Assembly (NCBI GenBank): GCA_035278125.1
Contig: DATEJJ010000852.1
Span: 757 to 64,756 of the forward strand
DNA length: 64,000 bases
Reading direction: 5' to 3'
Source of the DNA: Rugosimonospora sp.
GTDB lineage: Bacteria; Actinomycetota; Actinomycetes; Mycobacteriales; Micromonosporaceae
Shown here: piece by piece, positions 28,434 to 37,494 of the stretch
Position numbering within the stretch: position 1 is the first letter of the stretch
Layout: the number at the start of each line of letters is the position of its first letter
The notes under the pieces: generated by a model
Seen by the model: the letters and a program-made list of their open reading frames with translations, nothing else
Told to the model about the DNA's origin: nothing
Database searches by the model: none
Position numbers and translations under genes: made by a program

Positions 28434-28601
28434 TCAATGCGGGCCGGTCGGGTCGGTGCTCGGCGGTGGGTCCGTCTTCGGGTCAGCAACCTGCATGACA
28501 TGGCCACCAACGCGGATCGCGGTGTAGGCCCCGATCACACCGGGAGGCGCCAGGGTTACCGCTGCCAGCGCCATCGCGGCGAGTAGTTGCCTGATCTTCA
28601 A
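28434..28601 (-). CDS. Small (55 aa) secreted hypothetical protein
   Basis: TTG start at 28601 preceded by GGAGG at 7 nt. Hydrophobic N-terminus LKIRQLLAAMALAAVTLAPP and a Pro/Thr/Asp-rich tail. Sits 22 nt upstream of the next gene. Confidence 0.5.
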   Translation of the reverse strand: MKIRQLLAAMALAAVTLAPPGVIGAYTAIRVGGHVMQVADPKTDPPPSTDPTGPH

Positions 28602-28724
28602 GGTGGCACCTCCTACCGGTAGACCCGTTCCACCCCGTTCCATCCCCAGACCTGTGGTGCCGGGACGCCTAGTCGCGTTGTCGGCGTGGTCGCGCCTCGC
28701 TCAGGTCTGCGCTACGAAACAGCT

Positions 28725-29552
28725 TTACGCGGTGTCCGACTGGTATTGGTCGAAGGTCATGCCCACCTGAACCTCAAACTCAACCGCGAAGACGTCGCCA
28801 GTGGGGCCGGCCATATGAACCTCGCCGTGCTGCCAGATCCGCTTCCACTCCAACGTGATCTGCACGCACACACCGGGGGGCACCGCGACGGTGATCTCTT
28901 CCTCGAACACCTGCCGTGTCGCCGTATCGATCATGTAGTTGCGCTGTATCGCCCTCTCGACGTCGGCCTTCGCGTTGAGCCAGACAGGTCCCGCAGTCAG
29001 GCTGGTGTGCTGCCTGGCTGCCTGCTCGAAGTGAACCGTGTAGTTGCGGGTCCACTCGTGGCTGAAACTGATACCGCGCGTCGTGGCAACCGCGCTGGCA
29101 CGGTTGTCGATCTTGCGCGACTCGTCACCGATCCGCTCGGTCGAGCGGCGGGTCTCCTTGATGTCCAAGACTCTCAACAGCCGGGCGTCGCGTGTCACCG
29201 GTTCGCCTGCGACCGTCGTTGCCTGCGGTGTCGAAGACGCGGTCGGCGCTCTTGGTTCCGGACCTATCTCCCGAATGATGTGGATATTGTTGCCAACGGC
29301 GCTGGACTCGGCACGACATACAAGCTCCACGTCCTCGCCCGCTCCCAACTCGATCTCGAGCTGGCGACTCTTGCTTGACCAGCAGAGAAGCTGAACGGTG
29401 TGCCGGCCAGTCGCGACGCCGATCATGAGTTCTCGATCTTCCCTGATCCGGCCGACCTCGCGACCGTCGATGCGCACGACGAATGCGGACGCCCTGTACG
29501 CCGATCCGGGCTGGCGCAGCAGGTGGATGTGCGTTTGCGCTTCTGCCGCCAT
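28725..29552 (-). CDS. Hypothetical protein (275 aa), no family recognised
   Basis: Balanced amino-acid composition (E, K, I, T, Q), unlike the R-rich antisense ORF 28686..29378. Lies in a visibly lower-GC region. Confidence 0.55.
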   Translation of the reverse strand: MAAEAQTHIHLLRQPGSAYRASAFVVRIDGREVGRIREDRELMIGVATGRHTVQLLCWSSKSRQLEIELGAGEDVELVCRAESSAVGNNIHIIREIGPEPRAPTASSTPQATTVAGEPVTRDARLLRVLDIKETRRSTERIGDESRKIDNRASAVATTRGISFSHEWTRNYTVHFEQAARQHTSLTAGPVWLNAKADVERAIQRNYMIDTATRQVFEEEITVAVPPGVCVQITLEWKRIWQHGEVHMAGPTGDVFAVEFEVQVGMTFDQYQSDTA

Positions 29553-30256
29553 CGGATGATCCGCCCTGGGTCGTCAGGCTCGTACAAGCGCGCTCGACCC
29601 ATGCATCGATAGGTCTGCGCCGACGTCGTCGTCGAACCGCTCGCGCGAACGGGGCCGAGCGCGATCGGACCGGTCAAGTATCGCGCGGCGTCCGCCGCCA
29701 CAACCGCGAGAAGACGCATGACCGTCGCGATGCGTCCATGATCCGACACCCAGCACCGTGATCAACACGCGGCTCAGACCCGTGCGGCAGGACGCCCACC
29801 CCGTTACGCAATCTTCGCCGCGTGGACCACCCCGCTACTGCTTACCGCCGCCATGCCACCGCGACGCCTGAACGGAGCGGTCTGAGTTTGACCCGGCCAC
29901 CTGTCTGTGAGACTTCCCGGCGCGCGGCGGGTCGATCCCCAAGGCCACGGTGACCAGCGATGTGATCTTCATCGGTGGTGGGCTCGACGCCACCACCACC
30001 ACGCTGGTCGTCGCTCTCGTCGTCACGGCCGGCGTCACGCCGCTGCCGTTCAACATCAAATTGACCCAGCGGACCGCCCGCAGAGGGTCAGTTTTCAGCC
30101 GCCGTCGACATCTGACGTAGGTGGATTTCGGTTGCGCCGTTGACACCCGGAATCGGATGCCCCGACGTAGCCTCCGGTGCCGGCCCGGCTTTCTGATGCC
30201 GGAAACGCGGGGAACGACGGCGCTACGCGGTAGTCGCCGCGCACCGCTCAAGCCGG

Positions 30257-30655
30257 CTAGGGATCGCGGGTGCCCTGTATCCGGCGACGGCGCATCGCAG
30301 CGAAGAGACCGACGTCGATGACGGTGGTGGGGGCGGCGATCAGCCCAACCAGCACGAGTTTGCCGATGCGCTTCTCGTCGCAGGCGGTGTTGATGGCCTG
30401 AGCTGTGGCGGCCAGACCGTTGGTGAGGTAACCGGCATCGTAGGCATCGTCACCGTTGTCCTTGCCGGCGGCGACCGCGGCGAGGGAATGGCAGGTCGCA
30501 CGCGAGCCGGAGGGCGAGGTGTAGACGGTGACGGTCGGGGTGGAGAACAACAGCCACCCCAGCCAGGCGGTCAGGCCGGCCGCGGCCACGGTGGCCGTCG
30601 TCCACGCCAACGCCTTCGTCCAGGCCGACGCATTCACGTCAATATGATGAGGCAC
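30257..30655 (-). CDS. Hypothetical membrane protein (two predicted TM helices)
   Basis: Hydrophobic segments ALAWTTATVAAAGLTAWLGWLLF and LVLVGLIAAPTTVIDVGLFAAM. GTG start is uncertain (30655 or 30637). Confidence 0.45.
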   Translation of the reverse strand: MPHHIDVNASAWTKALAWTTATVAAAGLTAWLGWLLFSTPTVTVYTSPSGSRATCHSLAAVAAGKDNGDDAYDAGYLTNGLAATAQAINTACDEKRIGKLVLVGLIAAPTTVIDVGLFAAMRRRRIQGTRDP

Positions 30656-31216
30656 GCCCGGCAGAATCGATACCTGGCGTCAGCATTCCCGGGTTGCGCT
30701 TCGGGGGTGGGTCGGGTGCGGGCGCCAGGAGTACCCCCGCCGCAGCCGATGAGGGGTTCGACGACGCCACCCCACCCTGCCACCATCGCCCACCTACGCA
30801 TTCGCCGACGCAACCGCCTTGGCGGCCTCATCCATGAATATCAACATGCCGCCTGAGCTGGATGGACGAGGTTCGGCAAGCAGGCCGACGGGGCGCGCGG
30901 TTGATGGCCGCCCAGGGCTGGCAGGACGAGTTCTGCGCTCGGCGCTGGCGGCTGCGCTCGACCCAGTCCGATCCGCAGCTTTGGTCACTATATGGGCGTC
31001 ATTACCAGAGTCAAAACGGGGTTCTCCCTCAGCGCCCCTGGGTGCGACCACATCTCGGTCGCGTACACTCCAGTCCTATTGTCCCGGCCCAGTCGGCACA
31101 AGCTCACCGGCGCGGGAGCGTAATGTCTACCATCGACCGGGCGTTTCCTGAGGTGCCCGGGGTTTCGTGCGTCTGGCCACCGCCAGTCGGCGCACGTCCC
31201 ACGGAGGCTGATCGGC

Positions 31217-31759
31217 GTGAACTTGTCCCGTCTCGTCGTGCTGGGTCTTCTGGCCGGAGGCCCGATGCACGGCCATGCTATCCGGCGGGAAGCCGAGCGC
31301 ATGAACGTCGGCAACTGGGGCGGGGTCAGCCCGGGTGCGCTCTACCGGGAGCTGCGGCGCGTCGAGGAAGAGGGCTTCATCGAGCCGACTCGGGTCGAGC
31401 AGGAAGGGCTGCGCCCGACGCGCACCATCTACCAGATCACCGGCGCCGGCCAGACCGAGTTGGAGAAGATCCTTCAGGAGTGCATCGCCGAGGTGCACGG
31501 CGCGCCGGACGTGCTCGGCATGGCGCTGGTATTCGGTCAGATCCTCGACCGCGACAGGACGCTCGAGATGCTCCACCGCCGCCGGAGGGAACTCACCGCC
31601 ATGCTCAGCTCGATCTCCGAGCACATCAGGACGTTGACCGAGATGGGTGTGCTGAGTCCGATCGGTGTCACCATGTTCCGGCGGCGGGAGCTCCAGCTCG
31701 AGGCAGAATTGCGCTGGCAGGACGAGTTCGAGGACCAGTTGGGCAAGACCGCCGATTGA
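31217..31759 (+). CDS. PadR-family transcriptional regulator
   Basis: Winged-HTH segment LVVLGLLAGGPMHGHAIRREAERM...SPGALYRELRRVEEEGFI...RTIYQITGAGQTEL, plus a C-terminal coiled-coil domain. GTG start. Confidence 0.85.
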   Translation: MNLSRLVVLGLLAGGPMHGHAIRREAERMNVGNWGGVSPGALYRELRRVEEEGFIEPTRVEQEGLRPTRTIYQITGAGQTELEKILQECIAEVHGAPDVLGMALVFGQILDRDRTLEMLHRRRRELTAMLSSISEHIRTLTEMGVLSPIGVTMFRRRELQLEAELRWQDEFEDQLGKTAD

Positions 31760-31889
31760 TCCGTCACCCGGTTGGTACCGGCGTCTTCGAGTAGGGCGAG
31801 AGCGAACCACGAGGTTCGGCGCCCACGATCGTTATGCGCACCGACACGCCGGGATGCCTACCCCGGCCTGTCGTCCACGTGGATCGCGG

Positions 31890-32852
31890 ATGCATAAGCA
31901 TCAGGCAAGTCGGCGGAACGGAGCGACAAGGGTGGTCGACAAGACACAGGTGTGCGTGGTCGGCGCCGACGGCTTCGTCGGCAGTTGGCTGCGCCGGACA
32001 CTCGCCCGGCGAGGCATGCGGGTGGCCGAATTGAACCGTAAGACACCGATGCTGGAAAGTAGCGACCGGCCGGTGCCGGCGCTGCGTACCGCACACACGA
32101 TTTTCTATTTGGCAATGTCCGTCAATATTTCATTGGCGGAGGAGTCGCCACGCCTAGTCGCGGCTGACCGAAGTACGTTCGCCAAGTTTCTGGACGCCAT
32201 GGCCGAAACTCCGGAACGGCCCACCGTCGTGCTCACCAGTACCGGTGGCGCGATTTACGACATGGAAGCGGAACCCCCGCATTCCGAGTCGAGCCAGGTG
32301 CTGCCGCTGTCGGCGTACGGCCGCGCCAAGCTCGAGATGGAGCGTCAACTGCTGGCACACCGCGGCGTCGTACGGCCGATCGTCCTTCGTCTGTCCAACG
32401 TGTACGGTCCCGGTCAGCGCACGGATCGCAGCCAGGGTGTGGTGGGCCACTGGCTCGACGCGGCCCGGCGCGGCGTGCCGTTGCGGGTGTACGGCAGCTT
32501 GCGCAGTGTCCGCGACTACATCTACGTGCAGGACGCCGTCGACGCGATGATCTGCGCGCATTGCCGGGCCGCCGAACTCGAATCCGGCTGGCCCGACCCC
32601 ATTTTCAACATCGGCTCCGGCGCCGCGACGTCGTTGGCCGACCTGCTCGACGCGGCGACGCGGGCCGTCGACCGCCGTGTCGTTGCGATCCACGAACCGG
32701 GCCGCCCCTTCGACGACCGTCGTTCTTGGCTGGACATCACGCGCGCGGAGAAGGCGTTGGACTGGCGGCCCCGGACCCGGTTGAACGACGGAGTGGCGCG
32801 CACCTGGCACTGGACTGATCGCCCCGGTGACGATGACCACGGACGGTCGTGA
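31890..32852 (+). CDS. NAD-dependent epimerase/dehydratase (extended SDR)
   Basis: ORF 31665..32852. Start at ATG 31890 (MHKHQ). Motifs: VVGADGFVGSWL, YGRAKLEME (YxxxK). Contains a stretch of AT-rich codons (ATT TTC TAT TTG GCA ATG TCC GTC AAT ATT TCA TTG). Confidence 0.8.
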   Translation: MHKHQASRRNGATRVVDKTQVCVVGADGFVGSWLRRTLARRGMRVAELNRKTPMLESSDRPVPALRTAHTIFYLAMSVNISLAEESPRLVAADRSTFAKFLDAMAETPERPTVVLTSTGGAIYDMEAEPPHSESSQVLPLSAYGRAKLEMERQLLAHRGVVRPIVLRLSNVYGPGQRTDRSQGVVGHWLDAARRGVPLRVYGSLRSVRDYIYVQDAVDAMICAHCRAAELESGWPDPIFNIGSGAATSLADLLDAATRAVDRRVVAIHEPGRPFDDRRSWLDITRAEKALDWRPRTRLNDGVARTWHWTDRPGDDDHGRS

Positions 32853-33099
32853 TGATTTGTGTTGTGTTTCTTCGAGCGTCATTGGTACCGCAATCCTAGT
32901 CAGGAGAATTCGAACGCTCGACCGTTCCGTGACGGTCCCGTGCGTAAATCGTCCAGGTGAGGACGCCATGACCAGGTCCCATTGCAAAGAGCGCATTTCT
33001 CCCACGATGAATCTGACCGACGGCCGGCCGCCCGGCGGCAAATCGAGAAGCATTCCACCTCCTGCGACGTCCACCGGACGGTCCGGCTGTTACGGCGAG

Positions 33100-33680
33100 T
33101 CCACGACGCGTACCTCGCCGAATGATTACGCATTTCGCGAGTTACACGACCGGATCAGCAACGCGATCGTCGCCCGTCGACTGCACGCTGAGCCATCACA
33201 TCGCCGTCGCCAGCACGCATCCCGAGCCGGCCTCGGCGTCCGTCGAACAGGCGCAACGCACGCTGCGCCAAGTCAGCGCGGAGTTGCGCTCCCTGACGTC
33301 CCAGCTGAGGCGGCGCCGCGGGCGAGAGGAGCCTGGAGGACACGCTGTTCCGCGATCTCTCGAAGTGGGAGTCGGCTCCACCGCGCACCATCGATCTGCG
33401 CGACGGCGACCGGGCATTGGACGGCCCGGCCCGGGTGGAGCTCTTCCTGATTGTCCGGGACGGCCTGCGCGCGCGTTCCTGCACGGGCGGGCCGACCACC
33501 TCGCGGTCCGCAACCGGGCGATGCCGGAGGAGGTCACGGTCTGGATCGACGGCGCCGGCGTCATCGCCACGATCCCGGCGCCGAGCCCGCCCTCGATGCG
33601 CGAGCGCGCCGGTATGCTCGGCGGCACGATCGAGGCGCACCAGAGGCCCGGCCTCAAGTTCACCGTCGAGACCAGGCCGC
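33100..33680 (+). pseudogene. NarL/LiaS-type sensor histidine kinase remnant (no sensor domain, several frameshifts)
   Basis: The H-box (YAFRELHDRISNAIV), ELFLIVRDGLRA, FLHGRADHLAV, and EEVTVWIDGAGV...MRERAGMLGGTIEAHQRPGLKFTVE are spread over three reading frames. Confidence 0.55.
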
Positions 33681-33689
33681 GGCCGGTGG

Positions 33690-34131
33690 CGGTGGACCTC
33701 AACCATCCGGACGGGTCGACCACATCGCGATCGCCGACACCACACGCTCTTCCGCCAGGCGATACACGACCTGCTCGGTGTCACGGCGATCTGGTGGTGG
33801 TCGGCGGAGGCCGCCCACCGACGAGGAGGTGACCACGAGTCGCGCCGGCACACCGACGCCGACCGGCACGTGTTCTCCACCTCGAGGGCGAGCGTCCTCC
33901 AACCTCGTCGGCGTCGCGGCGCCGCTGCCGTCCGAGCGCGAGCGGGAATCCTCACGCAGGCCGCACGGGGCCTGAGCAACGCCCGGATCGCCGCCGTGCT
34001 CGCAATCGCCGACGGAACCGTAAAACGGCACCTGCACAACATCTCGGCAAGCTCGGCGCATTCTCCCGTATCGACGCGGTGAATCGCGCCGCCGAGGCGA
34101 AGGTCATCAACTGGCCGAGCGGTACCGGTTG
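33690..34131 (+). pseudogene. LuxR/NarL-type response regulator remnant (multiple frameshifts, shortened receiver)
   Basis: The pieces IAIAD, TLFRQAIHDLLG, GDLVVVG, LSERERE, ILTQAARGLSNARIAAVLAIADGTVKRHLHNI and GKLGAFSRIDAVNRAAEAKVI occur in different frames. The 3' end overlaps the SARP stop. Confidence 0.55.
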
Positions 34132-34961
34132 ACCAGTTCCCCCGGCACCGGTGCGGCCAGCGCCGCCGCGTCCCGCCGGCGCGACACGAGCCGCTGACCG
34201 CCGTTGAGCATGTCGAACTGCAGCCGCTGGAGTTCCACCGACGGTTCCAGACCCAGCTCGCTGCCGAGCAGCTGGCGGAGATTCTGGTATGCCCGCAACG
34301 CTTCTCCGCGTCGGCCGGTGCGGTACAGCGCGTCGATGAGCTGCGCGTGGAACCACTCGTTGAACGGGTAGGCGGACACGATTTCGCGGAGTTCGGAGAT
34401 GAGTTCGGCCTGCCGGCCCAACTGCAGATCGCATTGGATCCGCAGCGCGAGCGCCGAGATCTTCTCCTCGTCCAGGTAGGCCGCGTGGGCCTCCAGGAGC
34501 CGCCCGTAGTTGACGTTGCTCAGGGCCCGACCCCGCCACAGCGCGAGCGCGTCGTTCAGATGTCGGCGGGCCTCGGCCGGGCGACGCTGCTGCAACAAGT
34601 CCCGGCCGATCTCGACGCTTTGAGCGAACTCGTTCGCGTCGATCTGATGCGGCTCGATCTGCAACAGATACCCGGGTGTCCGGGTCACGATGACCGGAGG
34701 CCCGTCGTTGCCCGCCTCGATCCGCCGGAACATCCGCCGCAGCTGGTACACGTACGTCTGGGTGGTGGTCATCGCGCTCTGGGGCGGCATATCGCCCCAG
34801 AGCTCCTCGGTGATCGCGTCGACTCCCACGACATGATTGGCCCGCAGCAGCAGTAGCGCGAGCACTTGGCAGACCTTCGGCGCGCTCGGACTGAACACTT
34901 CGTCTCCGAGACGGACATCTAGCCGCCCCAGGACGCTGAACCGTACGGCACGACTCAACAC
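34107..34961 (-). CDS. SARP-family (AfsR/DnrI/RedD) pathway activator
   Basis: OmpR-type winged-helix domain (FSVLGRLDVRLGDEVF...TRTPGYLLQI) followed by a BTA domain (ALALWRGRAL...HAQLIDALYRTGRRGEALRAYQNLRQLL). GTG start with GGGGGTGA RBS. Confidence 0.9.
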   Translation of the reverse strand: MLSRAVRFSVLGRLDVRLGDEVFSPSAPKVCQVLALLLLRANHVVGVDAITEELWGDMPPQSAMTTTQTYVYQLRRMFRRIEAGNDGPPVIVTRTPGYLLQIEPHQIDANEFAQSVEIGRDLLQQRRPAEARRHLNDALALWRGRALSNVNYGRLLEAHAAYLDEEKISALALRIQCDLQLGRQAELISELREIVSAYPFNEWFHAQLIDALYRTGRRGEALRAYQNLRQLLGSELGLEPSVELQRLQFDMLNGGQRLVSRRRDAAALAAPVPGELVNRYRSAS

Positions 34962-35031
34962 ACGATCACCCCCGTGATGTTCAGCAACAGCTTCGGCATG
35001 GTCAGCAAGGCATCAACATGCACCAACTCTG

Positions 35032-35043
35032 GAGACTAGTCTC
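35032..35043. promoter_or_regulatory. 12-bp perfect palindrome GAGACTAGTCTC upstream of the SARP gene
   Basis: Read directly from the sequence, 71 nt upstream of the SARP start. A near-identical copy sits at 63394-63405. Confidence 0.45.
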
Positions 35044-35076
35044 AATGTTAGTCAGGCTTCAAGGTAAGAGGGGTGT

Positions 35077-35715
35077 CTACTCGTCCACGCTCAGGATCTC
35101 GTAGAAGCCGTACGGCTGGGAACGACGGCGGTCGAGGTACGGTCGCAGCGGTGCGGTCTGGACCCGGTGTACTGCGGTCACCTCCCATTCGCGGAAGGCG
35201 GCCACGTCGCTCCACTCGCTGATGACGAGGTACTCGTCCGGGGCCGACAGCGACCGGTGCAGTTCAGCTTTGACCAGACCGGGCGTGCCGCACACCGAGG
35301 TCTCGATCTGCCGGTGCGCGGCCCGGATCGTCGCCTCGTCGGTGTCTCCGGCGTAGTACCAGACCATGACGCGCACCGGCCGCGCTGGCGGATTCGCCTT
35401 GGCGACCTGGTGCACCACCCGGCTCGTCGTCATCGATCCCTCGGCGCGATGCCGGCGCAGCGCGGAGACGGCGGCGCGGTGCTCGTGGGTCGCCTCGTGC
35501 GACCGGAACGCCTCCTCACTGTCCCAGTCGCTGAACACCAGCACCTCGCTGGGATCGTCGGCCGAGCGCATGATCCACTGTTGCAGGTTGTGGCGGTTGT
35601 CCGCGGCCACCTGGGCCACGTCGGCGAGCGCGGCGTCGAATGCCTCCTGCGCGCCGGTGGCGACCCGCATCCGCAGCATGACCTGGAACACTTGCTCCGG
35701 AAGCGTCGCCGTCAT
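35077..35715 (-). CDS. Tandem two-domain ABM (antibiotic biosynthesis monooxygenase) protein
   Basis: Two ABM repeats (VFQVMLRMRV...FSDWDSEEAFRSH and VRVMVWYY...ISEWSDVAAFREW). ATG 35715 is in an ATGA overlap with the upstream stop. Confidence 0.8.
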   Translation of the reverse strand: MTATLPEQVFQVMLRMRVATGAQEAFDAALADVAQVAADNRHNLQQWIMRSADDPSEVLVFSDWDSEEAFRSHEATHEHRAAVSALRRHRAEGSMTTSRVVHQVAKANPPARPVRVMVWYYAGDTDEATIRAAHRQIETSVCGTPGLVKAELHRSLSAPDEYLVISEWSDVAAFREWEVTAVHRVQTAPLRPYLDRRRSQPYGFYEILSVDE

Positions 35716-36026
35716 GCCGCGTGCCACTCGTGGAACTGGGGCGCCATCGCGTCGCGCGGGCCGCTGCTGGCCGGGTCGTATGCCTTGGCGTGTCGACTCA
35801 GTTCGCTGTTGACCTGAACGAACAACGGGTTCGTCCGGGCCGCCTCGACATCGGCGTCGGAGTCGTCGCGTCGCTGGACGAGGTGCAGGTACAGATCGTG
35901 GAACGTGAACAGGGCGCGGGACGAGGCGCGCATGAGATGCGGCAGGTCGGTGGGGTCGGACCGGACAACGACGTCCCCCACGGCGCCGGCGGCCGGGTCG
36001 ATACGCACGACGAGGGTCCGTTTCAC
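35712..36026 (-). CDS. TcmI-family polyketide cyclase
   Basis: Matches TcmI as I recall it: LFTFHDLYLHLV, NPLFVQVNSELSRHAKAYD, C-terminal F..W.A. GTGA overlap with the OMT stop. Confidence 0.85.
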   Translation of the reverse strand: MKRTLVVRIDPAAGAVGDVVVRSDPTDLPHLMRASSRALFTFHDLYLHLVQRRDDSDADVEAARTNPLFVQVNSELSRHAKAYDPASSGPRDAMAPQFHEWHAA

Positions 36027-37045
36027 GGCACCTCCCGATCCGCGATCAGCACCGACAGCGGCATCGACGCAAGACGATGCAGCATCGGTACGCGGAAGCC
36101 GGCCCGTTTGAACATCCGCTCATACTCGTCGACGCTGTGCACCTCGCCGTTGGCGGTCCAGACGAGCATCAGCACCGAGAACAGGTATGGCGCCGGGTCC
36201 TGCTCCGGCGTCTCGTCGTCGGTGGTGAAGCCGACGACGACGAGGCGGCTGTCCGGCCGCAACGCGTCGTGGACCCGCTGCAGCAACTCGACCGCGCGGT
36301 CCTCCGAGAAATGGTGTAGCACGTTGGTTACCATGGCGACGTCGTACGGGCCGCCCAGCGGGACGGTGAACATGTCGCCTTCGATGAAATTCGCGCGCTC
36401 GAGGACACCGAGCCGGGCAGCGTGTTCCCGGGTGTGCGGCAGCACGTTGGGCCAGTCGACGCTGGTGACGCGGGCCTGCGGCTGGGCGGCGGCCAGCGTG
36501 TAGCCGTAGATGCCGTGCCCGCAGGCAACGTCGAGTACCGAGAGCGCCTCGCGGTCACGTGCCCACGGCCCCAAGATCTCGGCGATGAGTACGGCGAGCG
36601 GACTGGTGGCGAACGTAGCGTGCTTGGCGAAGTCCTCCCAGTACGCGTACCCGGGTGTTTCGGCATTCTCGGCGGCCACCGTGCCGCCCCGGCGTACCGC
36701 ATCGGAGAGGGTCTTCAACGCGTCCCACTCCGCGTCGCCGGCCAGGATCGGGGCCAGGTGCCCGACGTATGGGCCGGCCGACGGGTCGAGCAGTTCGCCC
36801 GCGCCGGGTGCGGCCTGGAACCGTTCGCCGATCCGCTGCACGAGGCCGATCGCGCTGAGCGCGTCGAGCAGGATGCGGGTGCCGCGCGGGTCCGCCCCGA
36901 TCCGCTGGGCGACGGCCGGCGCCTCGACCGGCCCGGCCGCCAGCGCTCCGAACAGGCCCAGGTCGATCGCGGCGCGCAGCAGGCCGGTGTCCCGATAGCC
37001 CTGCATGAGCTTGAACACCCGCTCGCGGGTCACGACCTCCGTCAT
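36023..37045 (-). CDS. SAM-dependent O-methyltransferase (family 2, with dimerisation domain)
   Basis: N-terminal dimerisation/wHTH segment (LLRAAIDLGLFGALA), SAM motif LDVACGHGIYG, and VLHHF. Confidence 0.9.
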   Translation of the reverse strand: MTEVVTRERVFKLMQGYRDTGLLRAAIDLGLFGALAAGPVEAPAVAQRIGADPRGTRILLDALSAIGLVQRIGERFQAAPGAGELLDPSAGPYVGHLAPILAGDAEWDALKTLSDAVRRGGTVAAENAETPGYAYWEDFAKHATFATSPLAVLIAEILGPWARDREALSVLDVACGHGIYGYTLAAAQPQARVTSVDWPNVLPHTREHAARLGVLERANFIEGDMFTVPLGGPYDVAMVTNVLHHFSEDRAVELLQRVHDALRPDSRLVVVGFTTDDETPEQDPAPYLFSVLMLVWTANGEVHSVDEYERMFKRAGFRVPMLHRLASMPLSVLIADREVP

Positions 37046-37371
37046 GTGCTGCCTCCTCCGTCCGGACGTGGCCAGCGGGTGCCGGTCATCGTCATGAAGT
37101 CACCCTTGAGCCGGTAGGGGTGCAACACCGCCCGGTGGCGCAGGTGCTCGTCGCTGTTCTCGAAATCCCGGAAGCCCGCCTCGTCGACCCAGTCGCTCAC
37201 GATGTGGTACTCGCCGGTGGTGTCGCAGCGCGCCAGCCATTGGCCGCGATTGGCCGGATGGTCGGTGACCGTACCGGTGTTGGCCGCCCAGATCTGCTCG
37301 AACGTCGTCTCCATGCCGGCCCGGATCTGCATCCGCAGCAGCACCCGGTACACCGGCGCATCGATTGCCAT
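37042..37371 (-). CDS. ABM-domain monooxygenase (TcmH/ActVA-Orf6-like)
   Basis: ABM fold pattern VYRVLLRMQIRAGMETTFEQIW...VSDWVDEAGFRDFENSDEH. Start at ATG 37371 (109 aa) or ATG 37443. Confidence 0.7.
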   Translation of the reverse strand: MAIDAPVYRVLLRMQIRAGMETTFEQIWAANTGTVTDHPANRGQWLARCDTTGEYHIVSDWVDEAGFRDFENSDEHLRHRAVLHPYRLKGDFMTMTGTRWPRPDGGGST

Positions 37372-37394
37372 GCCGGCAGCGTTGCGCCAACCGG

Positions 37395-37412
37395 TCGAGC
37401 CTCGTTCGAGGC
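37395..37412 (+). promoter_or_regulatory. SARP-box candidate: TCGAGCC-N4-TCGAGGC upstream of GT-A
   Basis: Two heptamers at exact 11-bp phasing, read directly from the sequence. They lie 83 nt upstream of ATG 37495. TAGGCA and TAGCGT -10-like hexamers follow. Confidence 0.5.
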
Positions 37413-37494
37413 GACCATAGGCATAGCGTGCGGCTCCAGGCATCCGCGAGCGGCCGATGCGACGATTCCCGTCCGAACCCGGAGGAGCATCGGC

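Noticed and set aside
29423-29749. 108-aa minus-strand ORF whose stop forms an ATGA with Met43 of the 275-aa ORF
   Set aside because: Its C-terminal half is R/S/T/C-rich junk. The first 42 residues of the 275-aa ORF read as a coherent beta-rich domain. The ATGA is probably coincidental.
25000-35000. Intact integrative element or prophage next to the tRNA-like gene
   Set aside because: I recognised no integrase, excisionase, relaxase, replication or structural genes, and found no direct repeat of the tRNA 3' end by eye. Only IS debris and orphan ORFs are present.
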